From Bacteroidota bacterium (GTDB lineage Bacteria > Bacteroidota > Bacteroidia > Flavobacteriales_D > UBA2798), in the NCBI GenBank assembly GCA_049322335.1, contig JBMORL010000103.1, forward strand, positions 995-64,994: a DNA stretch of 64,000 nt. Reading direction: 5' to 3'. Under the pieces are notes generated by a model. The model saw only the letters and a list, made by a program, of their open reading frames with translations. It was not told the origin of the DNA and ran no database searches. How positions within the stretch are numbered: position 1 is the stretch's first letter; each line of letters opens with the position of its first letter. Shown in pieces: positions 38,643 through 48,286 of the stretch. A program made the translations under genes and the position numbers.

Positions 38643-41600
38643 TTAGTTTTCCAGTAATTTGTATTCCATTATTCCCATGTTTTCCAGTTCACGGATAAAT
38701 TCATTCGAGGGATTTACTCCGCTGTTCATGGAAGGAAGGTCGATTTGTATTTTTTCCAGCGGCTCGCGAACGGATACTTTTATCCTGCATTTTCCTTTCG
38801 ACTGTTTGATGGCTTCATCAAGGTTGTTGACCAGCGATTCATTTATATCCGAAAGCGAAATGGGAATATTGATCCACTTTACCAGTTTATCACGAACGTG
38901 GGCCAGGTGATCCATGTAGGAAATTTTAAATTCAAATTCGTCATATTTTATTTCACTGCCAAATTTCCGGTTTTGCACACGTCCGCGGATATATACAAAC
39001 TGGTTAATGCCCATATAGGGTTTTGATTTCAGGTACTCATCACCAAACAACATGAACTTACAAATTCCAGCAAAATCTTCCACTTCCATAATTCCGAATG
39101 GTTTTCCGGTTTTGGTAATCTTTTCTTCACTTTTAATAATGATGCCGGCTACCTTATATTCTTTGTTGAGGTTTTCTTTTCCAAGATGACTCAAAGTTTC
39201 CATAGTAATTCCGGGAGTGCATAAATGGTCAATTTCAATTCTGAAATCGTTCAGCGGATGCCCGGAAATATAAATTCCTACTACTTCTTTTTCCTTGTTA
39301 AGTTGAAACAATGTGGGCCATTCTTCTGTTTTGGGAACTAACGGTTCTGGCATTTCTGTTCCTGTGTCATCGCCAAACAAACTTTGCTGTGCCGAATTTT
39401 CCCCATCCTGCACACTATTTCCGTATTTTATTACTTTCGATAAGAACGTATTTCCTTCCGATTCCTCATGGAAATAGGCAGAACGTATAATGCTGAAACA
39501 ATCGAATGCTCCGGCCAGTGCAAGATTTTCCATTGTTTTTTTGTTGGCGGCACGAAGGTCGATGCGTTTGGTGAAATCAAAAACACTTTTATAGGTCCCG
39601 TTTTCTTTTCGTTGCGAAACGATCGATTCTACTGCATTTTCTCCTACACCCTTGATAGCGCCCAATCCAAAACGAATAGCGCCATTTTCATTTACGGTAA
39701 ATTTCAGTTCCGATTCATTTACACTGGGGCCCAATACAGGAATTCTCATCCTGCGGCATTCTTCCATAAAGAAAGTCACTTTTTTAATATCGCTCATATT
39801 GTGAGTGAGAACAGCGGCCATGTATTCTGCGGGATAATGTGCTTTTAGATAAGCGGTCTGGAAAGCAAGATAGGCATAGCAGGTAGAGTGAGATTTGTTG
39901 AACGCATACGAAGCAAATGCTTCCCAGTCTTTCCATATTTTTTCTACTTTTTCCACATTGTGTCCGCGTTCTTCACATCCTTTGATGAACATCGGTTTCA
40001 TTTCATCCAGTTTCGCGCGTATCTTTTTTCCCATGGCTTTGCGCAACTCATCTGCTTTTCCTTTCGAGAACCCCGCGAGTTTTTGCGAAAGCAACATCAC
40101 CTGCTCCTGGTAAACGGTAATACCATACGTTTCTTCGAGGAATTCCTGCATTTCGGGAAGGTCGTAGGTGATGGGTTCGATGCCGTGTTTTCTCCTGATA
40201 AAATTCGGAATGTATTCCAGCGGACCGGGACGAAACAAAGCATTCATCGCAATCAGGTCACCGAATTTATCGGGTTTCAGTTCCCGCAGGTATTTTTGCA
40301 TTCCCACCGATTCAAACTGGAATGTTCCGTTGGTATCGCCACGCTGGTAAAGTTTGTAGGTTTTTTCATCATCCAGCGGAAATTCATCGGGATCAAGCTC
40401 AATACCGTGTTTTTCTTTAATCAGTTTCACGGCATCCTTGATGATGGTTAGTGTTTTTAACCCGAGAAAATCCATTTTCAATAACCCGGCACTTTCTACC
40501 ACAGAGTTGTCGAATTGTGTTACGTATAATTCAGAATCTTTTGCAGTGGCAACGGGAATGAATTTTGTAATATCATCGGGAGTAATGATTACACCACAGG
40601 CATGAATTCCTGTATTACGGAGTGAGCCTTCCAGCAGTTTGGCCTGGTTGACGGTTTGTGCGGCAAGGTCGTTGCCCTGTGCCATTTTTCGTAATTGTTT
40701 GGCCATTTCCAGGTCGTCTCCCTGGAATTTTTCTTTTAATTCGGTATCGTTCGATTCAAATAATTTTTCCAGTGATGAAAAATCAGGAATGAGTTTGGCA
40801 ATTTTATCTGTTTCAGGTAATGGAAGATCAAGCACTCTTCCGGCATCGCGTATCGCTGATTTGGCAGCCATGGTTCCGTATGTAATAATTTGTGCTACCT
40901 GTGATGAACCATATTTTTTTACCACATAGTCAATCACTTTGTCACGCCCTTCATCATCAAAATCGATATCAATATCGGGAAGTGAAACGCGTTCGGGATT
41001 GAGGAAACGCTCAAACAGCAGGTCGTATTTAATGGGATCGACATTGGTGATGCCGATGCAATAGGCTACCGTTGATCCTGCCGCAGAGCCTCTTCCGGGT
41101 CCCACAGAAACACCCATTTTTCTGGCTTCGGTAGTAAAATCCTGCACAATGAGAAAGTAACCGGGATAACCGGTGTTTTCTATGGTTTTTAATTCAAACT
41201 CTAACCTGTCCCGGATTTCAGCAGTAAGTTCGGGATACCTTTTTTTTGCCCCTTCAAAAGTGAGGTATTTCAGGTAAGCATTTTCACCGCGTTTGCCTCC
41301 GTCTTCTTCGTCCAGCGGATCTTTAAACTCATCGGGGATATCATATTTGGGAAGTAGCACTTCTCTTTCCAGTTTAAATGGCGTAATTTTTTCAACAATT
41401 TCATTGGTGGTGATAATGGCTTCGGGAAGATCGGCAAACAATGCTTTCATTTCTTCCTGCGATTTAAAATAATACTGGTCGTTGGGAAAACCAAAGCGAA
41501 ATCCTCTTCCTCTTCCGATGGGGGTTTCTTTCTTCTCACCATCTTTCACACAAAGAAGAATGTCGTGCGCATTGGCATCTTCGCGGTTGAGATAAAACGT

Positions 41601-43040
41601 ATTATTGGCGGCAAAATATTTTACATTGTGCTTTTTACAGAATTTCAATAAAACTTCATTTACCTTTTCTTCTTCAGGCTGGTCGTGCCGGAGCAATTCA
41701 GCATAAAAGTCTTCTCCGAATTGTTCTTTCCACCATAAAAAAGCCTGTTCGGCCTGTTCTTCACCAATATTGAGAATCATCGAAGGAATTTCTCCCCATG
41801 CGCCTCCGGTAACAGCAATGATGTCGGATTTATATTGCAACAAAACTTCCTTATCAATTCGGGGAACATAATAAAACCCGTCAATAAATGCTATGGACGA
41901 CATTTTGGCGAGGTTATGATAACCTGTTTCATTTTTTGCCAGTAACACCACCTGGTAGCCGTTGTCTTTATTGGTTTTGTCTTTATGGTTGCGGCAGATG
42001 TTGAATTCACATCCTACAATGGGTTTGATGATGGTTTCGGTTTCTTCTTCTCCTTTTTCTTTCGCCCATTCGTTTTGCGCTTTGGCTTTTTTGTTGTGCG
42101 AAAAAACTTCTTTTACAAATTCAAAAGCGGCCATCATGTTTCCGCTGTCGGTTAAGGCAAGGGCAGGCATTTTATATTCCGCTGCTTTTTTCACCATTTT
42201 CGAAATCTCGGAAGTGGATTGCAATACCGAATACTGTGAATGATTATGTAAATGTGAAAAGGAAATGTTTTCGAGGGAGAGAGAAGAGGCCCCTTCATGT
42301 TTTTTACCGGCAGAATCTGAATCTTCCAACACACCTTTTTGCTCTTTCTGTTTTTTCTCCAGCGGTTCGTAGGGTTGAATGTTCAGGCCGATGGCTTTAA
42401 TGCGGTCAGGATTGAATTTCCGGAATTCTGCAATAACATCAGCAGTTGTTTTTAACCGCTGAAAATGAATTACACCTAATCGTATCAGTTCAAGAAAACA
42501 CCTGGTGGTAGCTTCCACGTCAGCTGATGCATTGTGTGCTTCACCGAATCCTTCTCCAAATAATTTTGTATGAAGTTCGGTAAGTGTAGGCCATTTGAAT
42601 TTTCCGCCTTTTCCACCGGGAATTGCGCAGTATTCGGTAGATTCATCTTTGGTATCGATGCTTTCTTTTTTCAGCATCGCTACTTCGCGATTTGCACGCA
42701 GGTATTCTGCTCCCCAGGCTTTAATATCAAAGTCAATATTATGCCCGGCAACAAATGTGGTTTGCGAAAGAGCCTTGTCAAATTCTTCAAAAACAAATTC
42801 AATATCCACCCCGTGTTTCAGCGCACGCTCTGTACTGATACCATGAATTTTTTCTGCATTATAGGGAATGGAAAAACCAACCGGTTTAATGATAAAGTTT
42901 TTTACTTCGATGAGTTTCCCGTTCACGTCATGTAATTGCCATGCAATCTGCACCACGCGCGGCCAGTTATCAAGTTTTTCCAGCGGGGCGTTGTAATCAA
43001 GAGGAAGCCCGGTGGTTTCGGTGTCGAATATCAGGTACAT
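38643..43040 (-). CDS. dnaE: DNA polymerase III alpha subunit with N-terminal DEDDh 3'-5' exonuclease
   Basis: FDTETTG...HNIDFD...HNASADV exonuclease; PHP region; GPGRGSAAGS, FERFLNPER..PDIDIDF, KMDFLGL, YAFNKSH. Confidence 0.97.
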   Translation of the reverse strand: MYLIFDTETTGLPLDYNAPLEKLDNWPRVVQIAWQLHDVNGKLIEVKNFIIKPVGFSIPYNAEKIHGISTERALKHGVDIEFVFEEFDKALSQTTFVAGHNIDFDIKAWGAEYLRANREVAMLKKESIDTKDESTEYCAIPGGKGGKFKWPTLTELHTKLFGEGFGEAHNASADVEATTRCFLELIRLGVIHFQRLKTTADVIAEFRKFNPDRIKAIGLNIQPYEPLEKKQKEQKGVLEDSDSAGKKHEGASSLSLENISFSHLHNHSQYSVLQSTSEISKMVKKAAEYKMPALALTDSGNMMAAFEFVKEVFSHNKKAKAQNEWAKEKGEEETETIIKPIVGCEFNICRNHKDKTNKDNGYQVVLLAKNETGYHNLAKMSSIAFIDGFYYVPRIDKEVLLQYKSDIIAVTGGAWGEIPSMILNIGEEQAEQAFLWWKEQFGEDFYAELLRHDQPEEEKVNEVLLKFCKKHNVKYFAANNTFYLNREDANAHDILLCVKDGEKKETPIGRGRGFRFGFPNDQYYFKSQEEMKALFADLPEAIITTNEIVEKITPFKLEREVLLPKYDIPDEFKDPLDEEDGGKRGENAYLKYLTFEGAKKRYPELTAEIRDRLEFELKTIENTGYPGYFLIVQDFTTEARKMGVSVGPGRGSAAGSTVAYCIGITNVDPIKYDLLFERFLNPERVSLPDIDIDFDDEGRDKVIDYVVKKYGSSQVAQIITYGTMAAKSAIRDAGRVLDLPLPETDKIAKLIPDFSSLEKLFESNDTELKEKFQGDDLEMAKQLRKMAQGNDLAAQTVNQAKLLEGSLRNTGIHACGVIITPDDITKFIPVATAKDSELYVTQFDNSVVESAGLLKMDFLGLKTLTIIKDAVKLIKEKHGIELDPDEFPLDDEKTYKLYQRGDTNGTFQFESVGMQKYLRELKPDKFGDLIAMNALFRPGPLEYIPNFIRRKHGIEPITYDLPEMQEFLEETYGITVYQEQVMLLSQKLAGFSKGKADELRKAMGKKIRAKLDEMKPMFIKGCEERGHNVEKVEKIWKDWEAFASYAFNKSHSTCYAYLAFQTAYLKAHYPAEYMAAVLTHNMSDIKKVTFFMEECRRMRIPVLGPSVNESELKFTVNENGAIRFGLGAIKGVGENAVESIVSQRKENGTYKSVFDFTKRIDLRAANKKTMENLALAGAFDCFSIIRSAYFHEESEGNTFLSKVIKYGNSVQDGENSAQQSLFGDDTGTEMPEPLVPKTEEWPTLFQLNKEKEVVGIYISGHPLNDFRIEIDHLCTPGITMETLSHLGKENLNKEYKVAGIIIKSEEKITKTGKPFGIMEVEDFAGICKFMLFGDEYLKSKPYMGINQFVYIRGRVQNRKFGSEIKYDEFEFKISYMDHLAHVRDKLVKWINIPISLSDINESLVNNLDEAIKQSKGKCRIKVSVREPLEKIQIDLPSMNSGVNPSNEFIRELENMGIMEYKLLEN

Positions 43041-43178
43041 AAAAAAGCGGTTTTCGGAATTAAAAATAAAATAATATATCTGATTTAATGGCCTGATGTT
43101 GAATACTTATCAGTACTTGTTGATAAACACCCGGCTATTCCTGCGTACGGGATCGGATGATGAAAAATAACAGGAAAT

Positions 43179-43808
43179 TTAACCCGCTGTGAGCAGTTTT
43201 AACAGTTTTTGCGCTTCCTTTTTCACTACGGCCCGCTTGCTTTCCGAATATTCTGCTGCAATATTTATTATTTTGTTTTTGATGCCGGGAAGACAGGGAT
43301 ACGATTCATTTAGTCCGCGCAAAACCTGGTGAGCGTGTTTGTCTTTCCATTTATCCAGCATATCTAACAGGCAGGGCACTGCTTTTTCGGCATTTTTCTT
43401 TGATGTTCCCGCAAAAAGGATAAGGGCATTGGCAGTATGGTCGCGAACGATTACGCTTTCATCATGGTGAATAATGTGTTGTATTTCCGGTAAAATACTT
43501 TCAACAGCTTCGGGACGCAAATGTGCGCATAAGGCAATGGCATGCATAGCTTCCCATCGTGATCGGGTGTGTGTTGATGTAAGAAGCGGGATCAATTTAT
43601 TTACGTAAGGCACCACCAGCTTCGGGTTTTCCATTCCCGCTTCTGTAAAAATTTCAGCGGCATCGGCCACAAGGTATTTGTCTTTGGAAGATAATGCCTT
43701 TGCTACTTCCTTCAGCAAAAAAGGATTTTTTACACATTGAGCTGCCGTTTTTTTATTGGTGGCCGAAGTTTTGTCTCCTTCCTGTGAAGAAAATTTTACT
43801 TTGGGCAT
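43179..43808 (-). CDS. HEAT-repeat protein
   Basis: All-helical sequence with RSRWEAMHAI and SVIVRD HEAT-like motifs. Confidence 0.7.
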   Translation of the reverse strand: MPKVKFSSQEGDKTSATNKKTAAQCVKNPFLLKEVAKALSSKDKYLVADAAEIFTEAGMENPKLVVPYVNKLIPLLTSTHTRSRWEAMHAIALCAHLRPEAVESILPEIQHIIHHDESVIVRDHTANALILFAGTSKKNAEKAVPCLLDMLDKWKDKHAHQVLRGLNESYPCLPGIKNKIINIAAEYSESKRAVVKKEAQKLLKLLTAG

Positions 43809-43811
43809 AAA

Positions 43812-44618
43812 TTATTTATCGATATCACTCACGGGCACGAAATTTTCAAAATCATACATTGATTTATCAAAGAGGTGAGAAGGATGAATATTTTTCAGTG
43901 AAGTATAAATGATCTCAGTGCGGTTAGGATATTTTTCTTCCCATTCGGTTAGCATTTTTTTAATCACTTTTCGCTGCATGTTTTCCTGCGATCCGCACAA
44001 ATTACAGGGAATAATCGGAAATTCTTTATGTTTTGCATAGTGCGAAATATCGGCTTCTTTACAGTAAGCCAGGGGACGAATCACCACGTGCCTTTCGTCA
44101 TCGGTTTTAAATTTGGCGGGCATAGCTTCCATTTTTCCGGCAAAAAATAAATTCAGAAAAAACGTTTCGATAATATCTTCACGGTGATGTCCCAGCGCAA
44201 TTTTTGTAGCGCCCAGCTCTGAAGCGAGGTCGTATAAAATTCCTCTTCTTAACCTTGAGCATAAACTGCACATTGTTTTTCCGGCCGGAGTTTTGTCCAC
44301 TACAACAGAATAAGTATCTCTTTCAACAATACGAAAAGGGATATTTAATTTTTTAAAATACTCCGGTAAAATATGTTCAGGAAAACCGGGTTGTTTCTGG
44401 TCGAGGTTTACGGCAATAATTTCGAAATTATTTTGTTTGGCGCGTTGCATGTGGAGCAACATATCCAGCATGGTATAGCTGTCTTTTCCTCCCGAAAGGC
44501 AGGCCATCACTTTATCACCGGGTTCAATCAGCATAAAATCTTCCTGTGCATCCCACACACTTTTGCGGATGCGCATGATAATTTTTTCAACAGGAATTTC
44601 TGTAATGGTTTCCGGCAT
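43812..44618 (-). CDS. ttcA: tRNA 2-thiocytidine(32) synthetase
   Basis: PP-loop [40 protein letters not shown]. Confidence 0.95.
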   Translation of the reverse strand: MPETITEIPVEKIIMRIRKSVWDAQEDFMLIEPGDKVMACLSGGKDSYTMLDMLLHMQRAKQNNFEIIAVNLDQKQPGFPEHILPEYFKKLNIPFRIVERDTYSVVVDKTPAGKTMCSLCSRLRRGILYDLASELGATKIALGHHREDIIETFFLNLFFAGKMEAMPAKFKTDDERHVVIRPLAYCKEADISHYAKHKEFPIIPCNLCGSQENMQRKVIKKMLTEWEEKYPNRTEIIYTSLKNIHPSHLFDKSMYDFENFVPVSDIDK

Positions 44619-44625
44619 AAATTAT

Positions 44626-44985
44626 TTACGAAAACATATGCGTGCCGTATGCCGCGCCAATAAAAAATGCAGCCAGCGATACGACAAGTCCCAGCATGCC
44701 TTTTTTATCTTTTTTAAAGGAAGCGATCAGGCAAAGCAATACAGGAAGCATGGAAGCAAAAAACAGGTAGCCGCCAAGTTCCACTTTCTTATCCATAGCT
44801 TCCAGCGCTTCCAGGTAGCCTGGTTGTTCGGCCATAGGTTTATCCAAATCCATATTTTCCATTTGCATATGCTCTACGGTGGCTGCTGCAATGTCAGAAT
44901 CGGGAACTACTACAAAGTGGAGGTAAAGTCCAAAAGCAAGGCATGCGATGCCTAAAATAAGTCCGGTCATTCCAAGTGCTTTCAT
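44626..44985 (-). CDS. Hypothetical 3-TM membrane protein
   Basis: Likely ATG 44985 (MKALGMTGLILG); ends GAAYGTHMFS. Confidence 0.7.
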   Translation of the reverse strand: MKALGMTGLILGIACLAFGLYLHFVVVPDSDIAAATVEHMQMENMDLDKPMAEQPGYLEALEAMDKKVELGGYLFFASMLPVLLCLIASFKKDKKGMLGLVVSLAAFFIGAAYGTHMFS

Positions 44986-45031
44986 GGCATTATTGTTTTT
45001 AAGTTGATCAAATATACAAATTCCTGAAAAC

Positions 45032-45064
45032 AAAAAAGTCACTCCGTGCCGGGAATGACTTTTC
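45032..45064 (-). terminator. Probable intrinsic terminator of the M1 peptidase gene
   Basis: AAAAAAGTCA-CTCC-gtgccg-GGAA-TGACTTTT hairpin with A/T tails, about 40 bp after the stop at 45106. Confidence 0.6.
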
Positions 45065-45105
45065 TGTTGCTTTAAACTGGTGTATATTGGTTTACCTGTT
45101 CCTTT

Positions 45106-47004
45106 TTATTGCCAGTTGACGATTTTGTCAATGGTGTTGGTGGCCACAAAGTGATACCCGGGACGGGCCTTGGTATAAATATTTTTCGCCATCTTTTTTC
45201 CTTCTTCGGTTTTTACCATGGCTTTGTAGAGCGGTGTAAGGAATTTTCTTCTTCCCACGTGGGTAAGAAAATCTTCTACTTTGGGATAGGCTTTTTTGTA
45301 ATTGTTATTGATAGCTATTTCGAGCCATGCACAAAGTATTTCGGCATTCCCCGATTCGGTGAGCTTAAAAGAGTTATCTAAATCGGCCAGTTGATCCTGG
45401 GTTAAAGTGGCCGGAAGATTTTTAATAAAATGCAGCCATTCGTGAGTCGACCAGCCGGTTGTAGTTAAGGAAGAAGCTTTTGATCCTTTTTTGTAGGATT
45501 CAAGGTTTTCTTCCACTTTTTTAAATTTGATAGCATCCACTTTTGCGCAATTGGCCGGAATTTCTTTTCCATACACCCATTCATCCACATTTACTTTCAG
45601 ATTTTCCTTTTTTATCAGTTCATTGTCAAGATAGGTAAGAAATTCTTCGGTGGTCATGGTCTGAAACTGGTGTTTTGCGAAATAACCTTTCAGAAAATTA
45701 TCAAATTTTTCGCGGCCTGCTGTCTCTTCGAGCATGCGTAAAAAGAAGGCTCCTTTTTCATAGGCCACTTCTGTCATGCCATCATCAGGACTTCTGTCGG
45801 TAAGATCCAGTTTTAATTTAGTGTCATCGGGATTACCTTCTTTCAATCCGTCAATTTCTTCGAGCAGGTCTTGTTTACCTAATTGAGCAAGCATTTCAGA
45901 ATAGTCGCGGCCATAGAGTTCTTCCATAATTCTGCGCTCGATATAAACGGTAAAACCTTCATTCAGCCAAAAGTCATTCCAGGTGGCATTGGTAACCAGG
46001 TTTCCGCTCCATGAATGAGCCATTTCGTGAGCAATTAACGAAGTTAGTGAGCGATCGCCTGCAATAATGGTAGGAGTTGCAAATGTTAAACGGGGATTTT
46101 CCATTCCTCCAAAAGGAAAGCTGGGTGGAAGAACGATAATGTCGTAACGATCCCATTTATACGGGCCGTATAATTTTTCGGCCACTTCCAGCATTTTTTC
46201 TGTATCTATCAATTCATCCGCACATTTTTTTAACATGGATGGCTCAGTATAAACGCCCGTACGGTTTCCCAGTGATTGAAATTCAAGATCACCTGCTGCC
46301 AGTGCAATAAGATAAGTAGGAATCGGTTGTTTCATTTCATATTCATACACACCGGTTCCGTTTTTTTCCATTGGATTTTTAGCACTCATCACCGCCATCA
46401 TGTCTTTGGGTACAGTTACACGGGCTTTATAAGTGATGCGGCTTCCGGGAGTATCCTGGCAGGGAATCCATGTACGGGTAAGAATGGCCTCTCCCTGTGT
46501 AAAGAGATAAGGCATTTTTTTACCGGCTGTTTGTGCAGGCTCCAGCCATTGCAACGCTTCAGATTTTTCGGTAGTGGTATAATAGATGGAAACTTTTTTG
46601 GTGTCTTTGTTAATGGGAACGGTTATGGCTGTTCCCAGTAATTCATCTTCTTTGCCCAATTCAAATTTAGCTTCGGTATTATCGTTAAGAACGATTTTGT
46701 TGATGGTGATGTATTTGGAATCGAAGATCATCTTGTCACCACCATGCGACTGAATGTCGAAATGAGCTACACCATCAATTACTTTTTTGGTAAAATCTAC
46801 CCTGATATCGAGAAAAAGATGTGTACAGCTTACTTCGTTGATATTGGCGTGACTATGCACATCTTTTACGTAAGGTTTTTTAGTTTGATCGTTGTTGGCT
46901 TCCTGGGGTTGATGGCCCACTGTTTCTTTGGTTTCTTTTCCGTCTTTTGCGCCACAGGTCACAAATAAAAGTGCCGAGGCGATAAGGATAAATTTGTTCA
47001 ACAT
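45106..47004 (-). CDS. M1 family aminopeptidase (leukotriene A4 hydrolase-like), probable lipoprotein
   Basis: FVTC lipobox-like motif; GGMEN, HEMAH-X18-E (WLNEGFT), YEKG, VGRRKF. Confidence 0.95.
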   Translation of the reverse strand: MLNKFILIASALLFVTCGAKDGKETKETVGHQPQEANNDQTKKPYVKDVHSHANINEVSCTHLFLDIRVDFTKKVIDGVAHFDIQSHGGDKMIFDSKYITINKIVLNDNTEAKFELGKEDELLGTAITVPINKDTKKVSIYYTTTEKSEALQWLEPAQTAGKKMPYLFTQGEAILTRTWIPCQDTPGSRITYKARVTVPKDMMAVMSAKNPMEKNGTGVYEYEMKQPIPTYLIALAAGDLEFQSLGNRTGVYTEPSMLKKCADELIDTEKMLEVAEKLYGPYKWDRYDIIVLPPSFPFGGMENPRLTFATPTIIAGDRSLTSLIAHEMAHSWSGNLVTNATWNDFWLNEGFTVYIERRIMEELYGRDYSEMLAQLGKQDLLEEIDGLKEGNPDDTKLKLDLTDRSPDDGMTEVAYEKGAFFLRMLEETAGREKFDNFLKGYFAKHQFQTMTTEEFLTYLDNELIKKENLKVNVDEWVYGKEIPANCAKVDAIKFKKVEENLESYKKGSKASSLTTTGWSTHEWLHFIKNLPATLTQDQLADLDNSFKLTESGNAEILCAWLEIAINNNYKKAYPKVEDFLTHVGRRKFLTPLYKAMVKTEEGKKMAKNIYTKARPGYHFVATNTIDKIVNWQ

Positions 47005-47269
47005 GGTTCCTGCTCGTGTGTTTTGTTTAGGGGTCGCTAATTTAGAACAATTTACGAATGGATTTACCGGGATTTCGATAACCGGAGATTTTAGCCCGAT
47101 GAACCTTAGAATAGGGGGATGGAATTAGTTATCAACAGGTTGGGGTATTTGTTATATCTAAATGGGTTAAGGCAGTATGCAAAAACATCAAAAATTCGGT
47201 GTATGATAATATGCGTGGGGGGTAAATCTCAACTTACCCCTGCAGATTAACGAATTTAATGTATTTTTT

Positions 47270-48286
47270 CTATTCCTTAATTGTTTCTGTCTCCACCGGA
47301 TCGGTATTTTTTATCCGCCCTTTTCTAATCCATTTGTAACGGGCTTTATCGCCTTTATAAAACGGGTTATAATACCAGTTATAGGTAATAAAAATTTCAT
47401 GCGATCCACCGTTTCCTGGCCGGAGCGATGATAAAATCATGTCGTAGTAATAATACAATCGCAGGTTTTCAATGATCTCCATGCCGGCCCCCATATGAAT
47501 ATCTTTATTATTTCGCGCACCAAGAATAAAATCAAAACGGTTATAAAAATGAAAAGTAGTTTGTAAGTCGGCATAATACGTATATCCGTTTACAGAAGAA
47601 GCGAGCAGGGAAGGGGTGAAACCGAAATATTCATTGTTCTGTATTCTCCATTTGGCATGCAGGTAATAATGTGTGGCTTCTGTGTTTTGATGGGTTTCAT
47701 TGAAATTAATTTTTGAAGAAAGTAAATTCACTGCGCTAATCCCCACCACGTAATCTTCACGATAAAGTGCCATCCCCACTGCAAAATTTGGAACCAGCCC
47801 CGATTTCATATTGGCCTGCAGCAGGGCATCATCAGGGTGATAAAGATTCATAGCTGATTGATCGAGAGAATAGGAATAAAAATTTCCGGTGATACCCATT
47901 CCGAGTTTTGCATTGGCCCCTGCTTTAAGATGATAGCCGAATGAGGCAGAAAAACCGGTTGTGCGTAAAATACCACGGGTATCATTGAGAAATGATCCGC
48001 CCACTCCGATATTTTTTTCATTAATGGAACTATGAACAGAGAATTGTTGGGTAAACGGACTTCCCTCAAAACCTGTCCACTGTTTTTTGGCACCCGTGCT
48101 GAAAAAAGTATATCGCCCAAAGCCTGTCATCCCGGGATTGATGAGATAAAGATTCTGATCGAAAGAAGAAAACAACGGTAATTGTTGAGCTGAAAGAGGC
48201 AAGATGTAAGATAATGCGAAGATGTTAGACAGGAGACAAAATGTCTTTTTGTATGAAAGGACGATATTTTTTTTATAATATTTCAT
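47270..48286 (-). CDS. PorP/SprF family T9SS outer-membrane protein
   Basis: AQQLPLFS...NPGMTG, KQWTGFEGSP.T, YYDM...GSHEIFI; follows a type B CTD gene with a 4-bp overlap. Confidence 0.9.
   Translation of the reverse strand: MKYYKKNIVLSYKKTFCLLSNIFALSYILPLSAQQLPLFSSFDQNLYLINPGMTGFGRYTFFSTGAKKQWTGFEGSPFTQQFSVHSSINEKNIGVGGSFLNDTRGILRTTGFSASFGYHLKAGANAKLGMGITGNFYSYSLDQSAMNLYHPDDALLQANMKSGLVPNFAVGMALYREDYVVGISAVNLLSSKINFNETHQNTEATHYYLHAKWRIQNNEYFGFTPSLLASSVNGYTYYADLQTTFHFYNRFDFILGARNNKDIHMGAGMEIIENLRLYYYYDMILSSLRPGNGGSHEIFITYNWYYNPFYKGDKARYKWIRKGRIKNTDPVETETIKE

Noticed and set aside
38643-43040. Intein in the long dnaE
   Set aside because: The extra length is explained by the N-terminal exonuclease and linker; no intein splice-junction or LAGLIDADG motifs seen.
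47212-47244. GGGGTAA...TTACCCC hairpin after the PorP gene as a terminator
   Set aside because: Short stem with no clear U-tract on the minus strand; too weak to call.
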